From an uncultured Rubrobacteraceae bacterium (GTDB lineage Bacteria; Actinomycetota; Rubrobacteria; Rubrobacterales; Rubrobacteraceae), in contig CAXUFZ010000002.1 of assembly GCA_964250345.1 (NCBI GenBank), forward strand, positions 1 through 51,030: a stretch of DNA of 51,030 nucleotides. Reading direction: 5' to 3'. Positions 9,147-17,440 of the stretch are shown one piece after another; the stretch's first letter is position 1, and each line of letters opens with the position of its first letter. The notes beneath the pieces were generated by a model. That model was not told the origin of the DNA and did not search any database. It saw only the letters and a program-made list of their open reading frames with translations. The position numbers and the translations under genes are program-made.

Positions 9147-10555
9147 CGGTTCCTCCCGATCAGCCTACGTAGAAGCCCCGTCGGTACGGTTACGTGCGTC
9201 CAGATCCCGGCCTTCCACCGCGCCGCGAGCACCATGGCCGCGTTCTGGAAGACGACGGAGGCCGCGGCGACGGCCGCGATGCCGGTCCCGCCGTACCCTT
9301 GAACGACCCACAGGGCGCCGGAGACGAACAGCAGGCCGCTGGCGATGGAGATCCACATCATCAGGTTCTGGTTGCCGGTCATCTGCAGCGCGAGCCCGCA
9401 CGACCCGGACCACACGGCGGCGAGCTTGCCGAGGCTGAGCAGGGCGAGCACGACGGCCCCGGCCGCGTAGAACTCGCCGTAGACGAGGCCGAGTATCGGC
9501 CCCCCGGCGAGGAGCAGCACCGCGAGCGCCAGGAGCGACGGGATGCCGGCGATGGTGGCGACCGGGCGCATCGTGCCTTCAAGGCGGTCCGTCTCGCCGC
9601 GGGCGTAGAGGCCGGCGATCACGGGCGGCAGCACGGCGTTGACGACCATGAGCGGCATCGTCACGAGCGCGACGAACCGCGAGGCGGCGCCGTAGATCGC
9701 CACCTCCTCCCCGCCCCGGAAGGCCGCGAGGATCCAGATGTCCGACTGAAGCAGGAAGAACACGGTCAGGTTGGTGACGAGCACCGGCGCCGAGACGCGC
9801 AGCATCTCCCCCACCGCGAGCGAATCGCCGCCCGTCGAGGCGTTGTCCCCGAGCGCCCGCACCTTCAGGCGCAGGACCCAGGCCGAGACGAGCGCGCTGA
9901 CGATTCCGGTGCCGACCATCACGAGCATGACGGTCCAGAGGTCAATAGCATCCGCCGTCCAACACAGGTAGCCGAGGGCGGCGAGCATCATGGCGCGCAT
10001 CAGGAGGCCCGCGCTGTTGCCGCCGGTGGCGACGCCGCCGAAGAGGGTGGCGAGCCTGACGTCGTGCAGGCCGCGGAAGCTCTCGGCGAACAGCTCCTGG
10101 ACGGTGGAGACCGCGATCCAACCGGCCACCAGCCCCGTGACCGCCACGAGCGCCGGCGACCCGAAGAGCGAGCCCGCCACGAGCGGCCCGAGCAGCAGGT
10201 AGGCCACGGCGGAGCCCACGGCCCCGAGGCCGCCCAGGGCCGTCGCCAGCCGGACGGCGCGGCGCGCGCGGCGCGGCCTATCCAGTCCTAGACTCTCGGC
10301 GACGAAGCGGACGGCGGCGCGGTTCAGGCCCAGGCAGCCGACGATGGCGCCGAGCGAGACCACGCTGAGGGCGAGAAAGTACGCCCCGAGCTCGGCCGGG
10401 GCGAGCATCCGGGCGAGCAGGGCGTTGGTGGCGACGCCCGCGACCGCGGCCCCCGCCTTGCCCCCGATGGCCCAGGCGCTGCCCGAGAGCAGGCGCTTCT
10501 TGAGCGCCGCCGCGTCGAGGGAGACCCCGCCGATGTCCCCGAGCCTGCCGACCAT
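9143..10555 (-). CDS. wzx: Wzx-type polysaccharide flippase (MOP superfamily)
   Basis: 12-14 TM helices; LARMLAPAELGAY, SDIWILAAF..EVAIYGAASR. Confidence 0.85.
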   Translation of the reverse strand: MVGRLGDIGGVSLDAAALKKRLLSGSAWAIGGKAGAAVAGVATNALLARMLAPAELGAYFLALSVVSLGAIVGCLGLNRAAVRFVAESLGLDRPRRARRAVRLATALGGLGAVGSAVAYLLLGPLVAGSLFGSPALVAVTGLVAGWIAVSTVQELFAESFRGLHDVRLATLFGGVATGGNSAGLLMRAMMLAALGYLCWTADAIDLWTVMLVMVGTGIVSALVSAWVLRLKVRALGDNASTGGDSLAVGEMLRVSAPVLVTNLTVFFLLQSDIWILAAFRGGEEVAIYGAASRFVALVTMPLMVVNAVLPPVIAGLYARGETDRLEGTMRPVATIAGIPSLLALAVLLLAGGPILGLVYGEFYAAGAVVLALLSLGKLAAVWSGSCGLALQMTGNQNLMMWISIASGLLFVSGALWVVQGYGGTGIAAVAAASVVFQNAAMVLAARWKAGIWTHVTVPTGLLRRLIGRNR

Positions 10556-10565
10556 CTTCCCCGGG

Positions 10566-11297
10566 CTAGTCCTTCTCGTAGGAGCCGTAATAGCCGTAGT
10601 AGCCGGCGTTCTTGGACTCCTTCACCTTGTTGGCGACGGTCCCGATCACGTTGGCCCCCACGCCCTGCAAGACCTTCATGGCCTGCCGGACGCTCTTCTT
10701 GCGCGACGCGCCGGCGTCGAGGACGAGCAGGACGCCGTCGCCGTGGCGGGCGAGGACGGCCCCCTCGGAGACCGTGCAGACCGGCGGCGAGTCGAGGAGC
10801 ACGTAGTCGTACTCGCCCCGCACCCGCGAAAGCAGGTCCGTGAAGCGCCGGGAGCCCAGGATCTCCGCCGGGTTCGGCGGCACGGCCCCGGCGGGCACGA
10901 GCTTGAGTCCCGGGACGGGCTCCTGCATGGCGTCTTCCAGGCTGCTCTCCCCGGCCAGGACGTCGACGAAGCCGGGCGAGCCGTTCGCCCAGAACAGCTT
11001 GTGCTGGGCCGGGCGGCGCAGGTCGCAGTCCAGGAGCAGGACGCTCTTGTCCGCGCGGGCCAGCGAGATCGCTAGGTTCGCGCACGTCGTGCTCTTGCCC
11101 TCCTTCGGGTTCGCGCTGGTCACGGCGATCACCGTCGGCGGCGCGTCGATGAACGCGTAGAAGAGGTTGGTCCTGAGCATCCTGTAGGCCTCGGCCGCGA
11201 TCCCCGAAGGCTCGTGCAAAGAGACCAGGCTCTCCGACGAGAGGTCCTTCCCGTCGCGCGCCGGCTGTTCCCCGACCCTTCTCTGAAGCAGGCTCAT
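10566..11297 (-). CDS. CpsD/CapB-family bacterial tyrosine kinase
   Basis: AEAYRMLRTNL, Walker A SANPKEGKST, DCDLRRP, VLLDSPP, C-terminal Tyr cluster GYYGYYGSY; start ATG 11297. Confidence 0.92.
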   Translation of the reverse strand: MSLLQRRVGEQPARDGKDLSSESLVSLHEPSGIAAEAYRMLRTNLFYAFIDAPPTVIAVTSANPKEGKSTTCANLAISLARADKSVLLLDCDLRRPAQHKLFWANGSPGFVDVLAGESSLEDAMQEPVPGLKLVPAGAVPPNPAEILGSRRFTDLLSRVRGEYDYVLLDSPPVCTVSEGAVLARHGDGVLLVLDAGASRKKSVRQAMKVLQGVGANVIGTVANKVKESKNAGYYGYYGSYEKD

Positions 11298-11301
11298 CCC
11301 T

Positions 11302-12036
11302 CTATCCTTTCCGGGCGCGGACGGCCGCGAAGACGGGCACGACGCCGAAGTTGGGCACGCCGGAGATCTCCTCGACCTCCTCGACCGAGCGCCACCCGTC
11401 GTCCAGGTTCTCCAGCAAGAACGCGACCCCGACACCGAGCATCAGCCCGAGCCCGAGGGCCAGGAGGCCGTTGCGTAGGGGATCGGGCGAGACGGGGCTC
11501 TGCGGCGTCGAGGCGCCCTCCCAGACCGACGCCGTGATGATGCTCGCGCCGGCCTCGGAGGAGGAGATCCTGCCGGCCGCCGCGTTCGCGACGGCGTTGA
11601 CGGTCTCCCGCACCCCGGCGGGGTCCGAGCCGGCGTAGGTGATCTGGATGAACTGCGTCTCGTCTACCTGCTCGACGGTGAGGTTCTGCAAGATCTGGCC
11701 CGGCGCGACCCCGGAGCCGAGCGCGAGGGCGGCGTCCTCGGCGACCGGCCGGCTCGCCACCGCCACGGTCATGGTCTGCGTGAGCGGCTGCAGCCCCTGG
11801 AGGTCGTTGCTCGAAAGCGCGGCCTCCGGGTCCGTGGGGGCCTTCTGGCCGACGAGCAGCTTTGCCGAAGCCTCGTAGGTCGGCGTCTGCATCATCGACG
11901 CGCCTACCGCCGCGCCCGCGAAGACGAGCGCCACGAGCGCCACGACCCACGCCCGCCGCCAGACGATGCCGGCGTAATCCATCAAAGAAGCGTACCGCTC
12001 GCCGTCAACCGCAGTCCCGTGCACCGAAGATCCCAT
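11302..12036 (-). CDS. CpsC/CapA (YveK)-type polysaccharide co-polymerase, kinase activator
   Basis: Two TM helices, TPTYEASAKLLV, A..P.SPVSP, EEVEEISGVPNFGVVP; ATG 12036 with GGAGG. Confidence 0.88.
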   Translation of the reverse strand: MGSSVHGTAVDGERYASLMDYAGIVWRRAWVVALVALVFAGAAVGASMMQTPTYEASAKLLVGQKAPTDPEAALSSNDLQGLQPLTQTMTVAVASRPVAEDAALALGSGVAPGQILQNLTVEQVDETQFIQITYAGSDPAGVRETVNAVANAAAGRISSSEAGASIITASVWEGASTPQSPVSPDPLRNGLLALGLGLMLGVGVAFLLENLDDGWRSVEEVEEISGVPNFGVVPVFAAVRARKG

Positions 12037-12089
12037 CCATAATAGCCTCCACCAACGCCCCGGATTATCGGACCGGGTACGGCCCCCCG

Positions 12090-12111
12090 GCATCCGTCGA
12101 ATGGCACATAT
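12090..12111 (-). promoter_or_regulatory. Conserved EPS-locus palindromic motif, copy 3
   Basis: ATATGTGCCATTCGACGGATGC; GATAAT 20 nt downstream (12069-12064). Confidence 0.7.
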
Positions 12112-12141
12112 TGGGGCGGATGCCGGGGGTCGGTGTCCGGT

Positions 12142-12263
12142 CGGGAGTCGCGAGGCGCTCGCTCCGCTCGCTTCGGGAGTCGGGAGTCGTAAGAGCCGAA
12201 GAGCCGGGAGCCGAATTTCTCGACTCCCGACTCCAGATTCCCGACTCCAGATTCCCGACTCCC
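12142..12263. repeat. REP-like element built from GGGAGTC heptamers, copy A
   Basis: GAGGCGCTCGC-N3-GCTCGCTTCGGGAGTCGGGAGTCG followed by inverted CGACTCC arrays. Confidence 0.75.
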
Positions 12264-12270
12264 AGGGTTT

Positions 12271-14811
12271 CTACCCCACGGTCACCCGCGAGACTGCCGG
12301 GGCCGAGTTGTCGAAGGCGTCGTTGACCGTGAAGGTCACGCGGCGGTCGCCGGCGGTGGGGTTGGCGGCGGTGTTGTTGTAGGTGACGGACTTCAGGGCC
12401 TTCTCGTAGTCGGCCTTGGAGGCGCGGCCGGTGAGGCTCAGGGTTCCGGTGGCCGCGTCGTAGGACTTGGAGATGGTCGTTCCGGCGACGTCGGCGTCGA
12501 GCTTCTCGGCGACGCCGTCGGGGTTGTTGGCGAGGGTTATGGTGGCGGACCTCATGTTGGCGTCGTCGGCGTCGAAGACGGCGACGTTGCCGCCGGCGAG
12601 TTGCGTGGGGCCGCCGGAGAAGGTCGCGGCGTGGTCGGTGTTGCCCGACGTGAGGAGGTTGGAGGCCGGGACGATCTGGCGTCCCTGACCCGGGTACGCC
12701 CAGGCGAGCCTCGCCACGGCCCCGCCGCCGTTCTCGTAGTAGTCCATCTGGATGTCGTAGCGCTTGCCGGCCTCGAGGGTGATGGTCCCTGAGTCGTCGG
12801 CGGGGGCGCGGTCGGTCCAGTTCTCGACGAGCGTCTTGCCGTCCACGAAGAGGCGGACGCCGTCGTCGGCGGTCGTGGTGAAGGTGTACTCGCCGCTCTG
12901 GGGCGCCTCGACCTGGCCCGTCCAGCGGGCGCTGTAGGTGTCGGGGCCGATGGACGGGTGCGGGGAGCCGTTGCCGAAGTCGAAGTTGACGTGGCGGTCG
13001 ACGCGGTTCACGCTCGGGCCGGTGAGGTCCATAGTGTCGAAGTACTCGGCGTCGAGTCCGCCGGCGTTCACGGCCCCGAAGAAGAGGTTATTGGAGGGGA
13101 TGATCTGGCGCCCCTGGCCGGGGTAGGCCCACGCGAGCCGCGCCACGGCGCCGCCGCCGTCCTCGTAGTAGTCGAGGCGGATATCGTAGCGTTTGCCGGC
13201 CTCCAGGGCGACGGTGCCGGAGTCGTCGGTGGGACCGTGGTTCGTCCAGTTCTCGACCACGAGGTTGCCGTCGACGTAGAGGCGCACGCCGTCGTCGCTG
13301 TTGGTGGTGAAGGTGTAGTCGCCGGTGACGGGGGCCTCGACCTTGCCGGTCCAGCGGGCGCTGTAGGTGTCGGGGCCCATGCTGGGATCCGGCGAGCCGC
13401 CGCCGAAGTCGAAGTCGACCGTCGGGTCCGCGCGGGTGACCTCGGCCCCCGTGAAGTCTATGTTGTCGAAGTAGGTGGCGTTGAGGCCGCCGCGCTGCAG
13501 GCCGTTCTGGCGCCCGAAGCCGTCGAGGTCGACCTTGGGCTTGGAGTAGTTCACCGGGCGGAAGGCCGGGTCGAGGGTGAAGCGGGCGAAGTTGGACTGC
13601 GCGACACCCGAGACGCCCGTGAAGCCGCCGCCGACCCACAGGTAGTCGCCGACGGTCTGCATCGTCCAGGCGCCGTTGTAGTTCGGCCGCGTCTTCTGGT
13701 CGAGGGACGGGATCCAGGTGCAGTCTATGGCGCCGTTGGCCGGGTTGACGGCCACGATGCCCTTGAGGTACTTGCCGCCGCAGGCCTCCTGGTCGAGCGG
13801 GTTGATGCCGAAGTGCCCGCCGATGACGAGCTTGGAGTTGTCCGGGGTCATCGCGATGGTCTGCGGGTTGCCGACCAGCCCGAAGCGCCAGACCTGGGTC
13901 CCCTCGTTGCCGTTGTCCAGGCGGAAGGAGGCCGCGTAGTTCGGCTTCTCGCCGAAGGCCACGTGCAGGCGCTGGCCCGTCACGATCATGTCCCAGCCGA
14001 TCTGGGGGCTGTCGAGCACGCCGGCGGGTATGGCCCAGGGATCGACGTTGCCGGTGGCGATGTCTACCCGCGCGATGCTCTGGCGAGCCTCGGTGACGCC
14101 GTTGGAGCCCTTCACGGTCGTGAACCCGCCGGCGACGAAGGCCGTGGCCCCGTCGGCGGCGAACTTGATGTCGTGGACGGTCGCGTTGGCCCGGGGCTTC
14201 CAGTTGGCGTCGAGCGCGCCCGTCGAGGCGTTCACGAGCGCCAGGTTCTGCCGGTTCGTCCCGTTGACCGAGAGGAACTTGCCCCCGACGAACAGGTTCT
14301 GGCCGCTCGGGGTGATGGCGAAGACGGTGGAGCCGCCGTCCCCCACCCTCGGGTTGAAGGGCTTGACCGCGCCCGTGGCCCCGTCCACGGCGGCCATGTT
14401 GGTCCTCGGCTGGCCGGCGACGGAGGTGAACTTGCCCCCGACGTAGACCTGCCCGTTCTTCACGGCCAGCGAGCGCACGACGGGCGCCACGGCGCTGTCT
14501 CCCGTCACGGCGGGTTTCCACGAGGCGATGGCCGCCCCCGTGGAGACGTCTATGGCGGCCAGGTTGCTCACGGCGAGGGTCTTGCCGCCCTGGCCGGAGG
14601 GCTTCTCCCTCACCTGCGAGAACTTGCCGCCAATATACAGCGTCTTGCCGTCCTCCGAGAGCGCCGACGCGTAGACGATGCCCGTGGTCATCCAGACGCC
14701 GGGGTCTGGCGTCTGGCGCATGTTGACGGCCTGCGCGGGCATGACGCCCAAGACCAGCCCCGAAAGCGCAAAGATCGTCGCAAAGAATACCAACGTGATC
14801 CTACGGGTCAT
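12271..14811 (-). CDS. Secreted beta-propeller protein with two PA14 domains and a C-terminal Ig/cadherin-like domain
   Basis: Signal peptide; propeller repeats; two PA14 units (YSARWTG.VEAP..G.YTFTT.(S/A)DDGVRL.VDG); C-terminal TGTLSLTG.AS.ADYEKALKSVTYNN..R.VTFTVND. Confidence 0.88.
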   Translation of the reverse strand: MTRRITLVFFATIFALSGLVLGVMPAQAVNMRQTPDPGVWMTTGIVYASALSEDGKTLYIGGKFSQVREKPSGQGGKTLAVSNLAAIDVSTGAAIASWKPAVTGDSAVAPVVRSLAVKNGQVYVGGKFTSVAGQPRTNMAAVDGATGAVKPFNPRVGDGGSTVFAITPSGQNLFVGGKFLSVNGTNRQNLALVNASTGALDANWKPRANATVHDIKFAADGATAFVAGGFTTVKGSNGVTEARQSIARVDIATGNVDPWAIPAGVLDSPQIGWDMIVTGQRLHVAFGEKPNYAASFRLDNGNEGTQVWRFGLVGNPQTIAMTPDNSKLVIGGHFGINPLDQEACGGKYLKGIVAVNPANGAIDCTWIPSLDQKTRPNYNGAWTMQTVGDYLWVGGGFTGVSGVAQSNFARFTLDPAFRPVNYSKPKVDLDGFGRQNGLQRGGLNATYFDNIDFTGAEVTRADPTVDFDFGGGSPDPSMGPDTYSARWTGKVEAPVTGDYTFTTNSDDGVRLYVDGNLVVENWTNHGPTDDSGTVALEAGKRYDIRLDYYEDGGGAVARLAWAYPGQGRQIIPSNNLFFGAVNAGGLDAEYFDTMDLTGPSVNRVDRHVNFDFGNGSPHPSIGPDTYSARWTGQVEAPQSGEYTFTTTADDGVRLFVDGKTLVENWTDRAPADDSGTITLEAGKRYDIQMDYYENGGGAVARLAWAYPGQGRQIVPASNLLTSGNTDHAATFSGGPTQLAGGNVAVFDADDANMRSATITLANNPDGVAEKLDADVAGTTISKSYDAATGTLSLTGRASKADYEKALKSVTYNNTAANPTAGDRRVTFTVNDAFDNSAPAVSRVTVG

Positions 14812-14919
14812 AGCTTAACTCCTCCTCGGTTACCTGTTCTACACCCACCGCGCGGGAAGACCGGCGCGGTCTCGAAGCTCTCTAGTCGCAGCAAAGGTTA
14901 CGTCCCGGGGCCGCCGACC

Positions 14920-14941
14920 ACATCCGCCGAACGGCATATTT
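14920..14941 (-). promoter_or_regulatory. Conserved EPS-locus palindromic motif, copy 4
   Basis: AAATATGCCGTTCGGCGGATGT; TAACCT 19 nt downstream (14900-14895). Confidence 0.75.
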
Positions 14942-15042
14942 CGGTCTCTAGGTCTCTAGACTTCAGGGGTCTTGGGGGTGGTTGGCGGCGCCGGGTCCCG
15001 GCACACCGCCCCTCGAGACCCGGGAGACCTCAGAGCCCCCTT

Positions 15043-16560
15043 TCAGCAGGCGTCGCGGCTGAAGAGCAGGGTCTTCGCGGTGCGGGCCAGGAGGATGACG
15101 TCGAGCCAGACGGACCAGTCGTGGACGTAGTGGGCGTCCATGCCGACCCTCTCCAGGAAGGAGGTGTTGGAGCGGCCGGCGACCTGCCAGGGGCCGGTGA
15201 TGCCGGGGGTGACCCGCAGGATCTCGCCCTGCGTCTGCCCGATGTCCTCGGACTCCCGCGGCAGGTAGGGCCGCGGCCCCACGAGGCTCATCTCCCCCCG
15301 CACCACGTTCCAGAGCTGCGGCAACTCGTCGAGGCTCGTCTTGCGCAGCAGCCGCCCGATGCGGGTCACGCGCGGGTCGTCCTTGAGCTTGTGGTACGTG
15401 AGGTACTCCTCGCGCTTCTCTGCGTCCTCCTCCAGGACGCGCTGGAGCAGCGCCTCGGCGTCGGGCACCATCGTGCGGAACTTTATGCAGGGGAAGAGCC
15501 GGCCGTCGCGGCCCATGCGGAAGTCCTTGTAGAAGACCGGCCCGCGCGACTCCAGCCGCACCAGCGCCGCCAGGACCAGGATGACCGGGAGGACGAAGAG
15601 GGCGCCCGCGAGGGTGGCGGCGAGGTCCATCGCGCGCTTCGCCCGCTGGGCCCAGGGGTTGAGCAGGTTGTGCTTGATCTCCACCCCGAACGTCCCGCCG
15701 AGGTCCCGCGCCACGACGGCGGAGTTCGTGATCCCACCGAGATTCGGGATGACGACGATGTGCCTGAAGCTGGCGCTCGCGAGGCTTGTGAAGCGGGCGA
15801 GGTGCTCGCGCCGCGTGTGGGGCATGGCGAAGATCGCCGTGTCGAGCCCGTGCTCCCCGGCCAGCGAGGCCGCGTCGGCGAGGTTGCCGCGGTAGGGCAC
15901 GCCTTCGAGCGACTCGGTCGCCGGCGCCCGGTTGTCGAAGACGCCGATGGGGTTGAGCCCGAACTGCCACTCGTCGCGCAGCACCTTGATGACCCGCATC
16001 CCCGGCTGCTCGGCCCCGAAGACGACGACGGGCTTGCCCCAGACGCCGCCCTTCATCATGGCCCACCGGGTCAGGTTCCTGGCGAACGGGGCCGCGACCA
16101 GGAGCCCGGCGACCCAGGCGAAGAGCAGGAGCCGCGAGAGGCTGTCCCCGGCCTGCGAGGCGAAGGCGAAGGTCGTGGTTATGGCGAGGGTGACGAGGAG
16201 GGCGAGCGTCTGGCGCCGGAGCTCCTCGACGGGCCCGAGCCCGTAGCCCGGGTAGAGCCCGAGCAGGGCCCGCAGCCCGATCCAGGCCGCCGCGTTCGGC
16301 AGGATGCTCGCGACGGCCATCCCGCCCGAGAGCGGGTAGTAGCCCCACACGCTCTGCGCCAGAAAGGCCGCCTGCCACACCGCGAACGCCAGCAGAAAGT
16401 CCGAAGAAACCAGGAGGGCGACCACCAGCGGCTGCCGCCGGAACCGCGCCCGATCCCCGAGCAGCGAGAGCCCGCGCGCGACGCTTCCACCCACGGCCCG
16501 GCCCGGCGCGGCGACGGCCGCGGCGGTCATTGCCCCTGCCCTGCCCTGCCTAGCCGCCAT
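15043..16560 (-). CDS. wbaP: Undecaprenyl-phosphate hexose-1-phosphate transferase (WbaP-like priming glycosyltransferase)
   Basis: KRAMDL, IKFRTM, DDPRVTRIGRLLRKTSLDELPQLWNV..GEMSLVGPRP, PGITGPWQV; N-terminal TM and Rossmann-like domains; GGAGG RBS. Confidence 0.9.
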   Translation of the reverse strand: MAARQGRAGAMTAAAVAAPGRAVGGSVARGLSLLGDRARFRRQPLVVALLVSSDFLLAFAVWQAAFLAQSVWGYYPLSGGMAVASILPNAAAWIGLRALLGLYPGYGLGPVEELRRQTLALLVTLAITTTFAFASQAGDSLSRLLLFAWVAGLLVAAPFARNLTRWAMMKGGVWGKPVVVFGAEQPGMRVIKVLRDEWQFGLNPIGVFDNRAPATESLEGVPYRGNLADAASLAGEHGLDTAIFAMPHTRREHLARFTSLASASFRHIVVIPNLGGITNSAVVARDLGGTFGVEIKHNLLNPWAQRAKRAMDLAATLAGALFVLPVILVLAALVRLESRGPVFYKDFRMGRDGRLFPCIKFRTMVPDAEALLQRVLEEDAEKREEYLTYHKLKDDPRVTRIGRLLRKTSLDELPQLWNVVRGEMSLVGPRPYLPRESEDIGQTQGEILRVTPGITGPWQVAGRSNTSFLERVGMDAHYVHDWSVWLDVILLARTAKTLLFSRDAC

Positions 16561-16623
16561 CGGTCCTCCCGTAAGGTCTCTGAATCACCGTTACAAGGAG
16601 GTTAAGCAGCGGCGCCGGGACCA

Positions 16624-16645
16624 GCATCGGCCAGGCGGCATATTT
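16624..16645 (-). promoter_or_regulatory. Conserved EPS-locus palindromic motif, copy 5
   Basis: AAATATGCCGCCTGGCCGATGC; TAACCT 19 nt downstream (16604-16599). Confidence 0.75.
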
Positions 16646-16723
16646 CAGTCGGGCGTGTGCCCGGTGGGGGTAGCCCGTTTGGGTTAGGGACGGGGCCCAG
16701 GCGGTCCTCCTCGCTCCCGCTCG

Positions 16724-16920
16724 GCGGGAGTCGGGGGGCCCACGCTATAGCACGCATCGGGAGTCGGGGGTCGGGAACGCCGTTGGGGTTTCGGCGCCCG
16801 CTTCCCGTCGGGAGGCGCTCGCTATCGCTCGCTTCGGGAGTCGGGAGTCGGAAAACCCGGGTTTGACCTTGCGCCTCCCGACTCCCGAAGCGGGGCGGAG
16901 CGCAGCCCCGCGCCTCCCGA
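16724..16920. repeat. REP-like element built from GGGAGTC heptamers, copy B
   Basis: Core GAGGCGCTCGC-N4-GCTCGCTTCGGGAGTCGGGAGTCG at 16812-16850 plus inverted arm CTCCCGACTCCCGAAGCG. Confidence 0.75.
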
Positions 16921-16957
16921 ACAACAAGAGCGCCGAAGCACCCGGGCGTACACGCCA

Positions 16958-17323
16958 CTAAATCGCGTGCTTGGCCGTGCGGTCGACGAGGGTGAGGATG
17001 TCGGTGAGTTGGATGTTGTCGATGGTCGAGCGCTCGTCGCCCTCGCCGAAGACGGAGGTGGTGTCCCCGTGCGGGTACAGCTCGAGCCAGGTCGGGACGG
17101 CGTCGCGCACCGTCGGGGTGGCCTCGTCGCAGAGGACCATGTCGGGCTGGAGGCGGAAGACCTCTTCCTCCAGGCCGCCCGGTTCCACGAGCACGAACTC
17201 GACGTCGGGCCTGAGCTGCCCGAGCACCTCGGCCGTGACCTCCCGGTAGGCGCGGGGCTCGTTGGCGACCAGCACCCGCGTCCCGTCGGAGCGGCGGCCC
17301 ACGGAGGAAGGGTTGTCTACCAT
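16958..17323 (-). CDS. Hypothetical protein resembling a degenerate receiver domain
   Basis: RVLVANEPRAYRE...LQPDMVLCD pattern like REC beta1 to beta3; start ATG 17323 chosen (TATAAT at 17339-17334). Confidence 0.6.
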   Translation of the reverse strand: MVDNPSSVGRRSDGTRVLVANEPRAYREVTAEVLGQLRPDVEFVLVEPGGLEEEVFRLQPDMVLCDEATPTVRDAVPTWLELYPHGDTTSVFGEGDERSTIDNIQLTDILTLVDRTAKHAI

Positions 17324-17396
17324 GGCGGTGATAATTATACCCGTTCGGTTCGGTCGCTCATAACACGGTGAACTATGCGGCCCGGACCTTTCCGTC

Positions 17397-17418
17397 GCAT
17401 CTGTCATGCGGCATATAT
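17397..17418 (-). promoter_or_regulatory. Conserved EPS-locus palindromic motif, copy 6
   Basis: ATATATGCCGCATGACAGATGC; CATAGT 19 nt downstream (17377-17372). Confidence 0.65.
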
Positions 17419-17440
17419 TCGTCCGGGCGAACCGGGGGCT

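Noticed and set aside
12142-12263. Heptamer repeats or the six 22-bp motifs as a CRISPR array
   Set aside because: No regular repeat-spacer periodicity and no cas genes; copies are kilobases apart or tandem without spacers
12620-13490. Internal direct repeat in the 12271..14811 gene as a mobile element or mis-assembly
   Set aside because: Explained by two diverged in-frame PA14 domains
12958-16605. 1215-aa plus-strand ORF and other long antisense ORFs (33..1370, 1585..3405, 19331..21388, 37753..39636, 44933..47440)
   Set aside because: Shadow ORFs opposite well-supported genes, expected in high-GC DNA; no recognisable motifs
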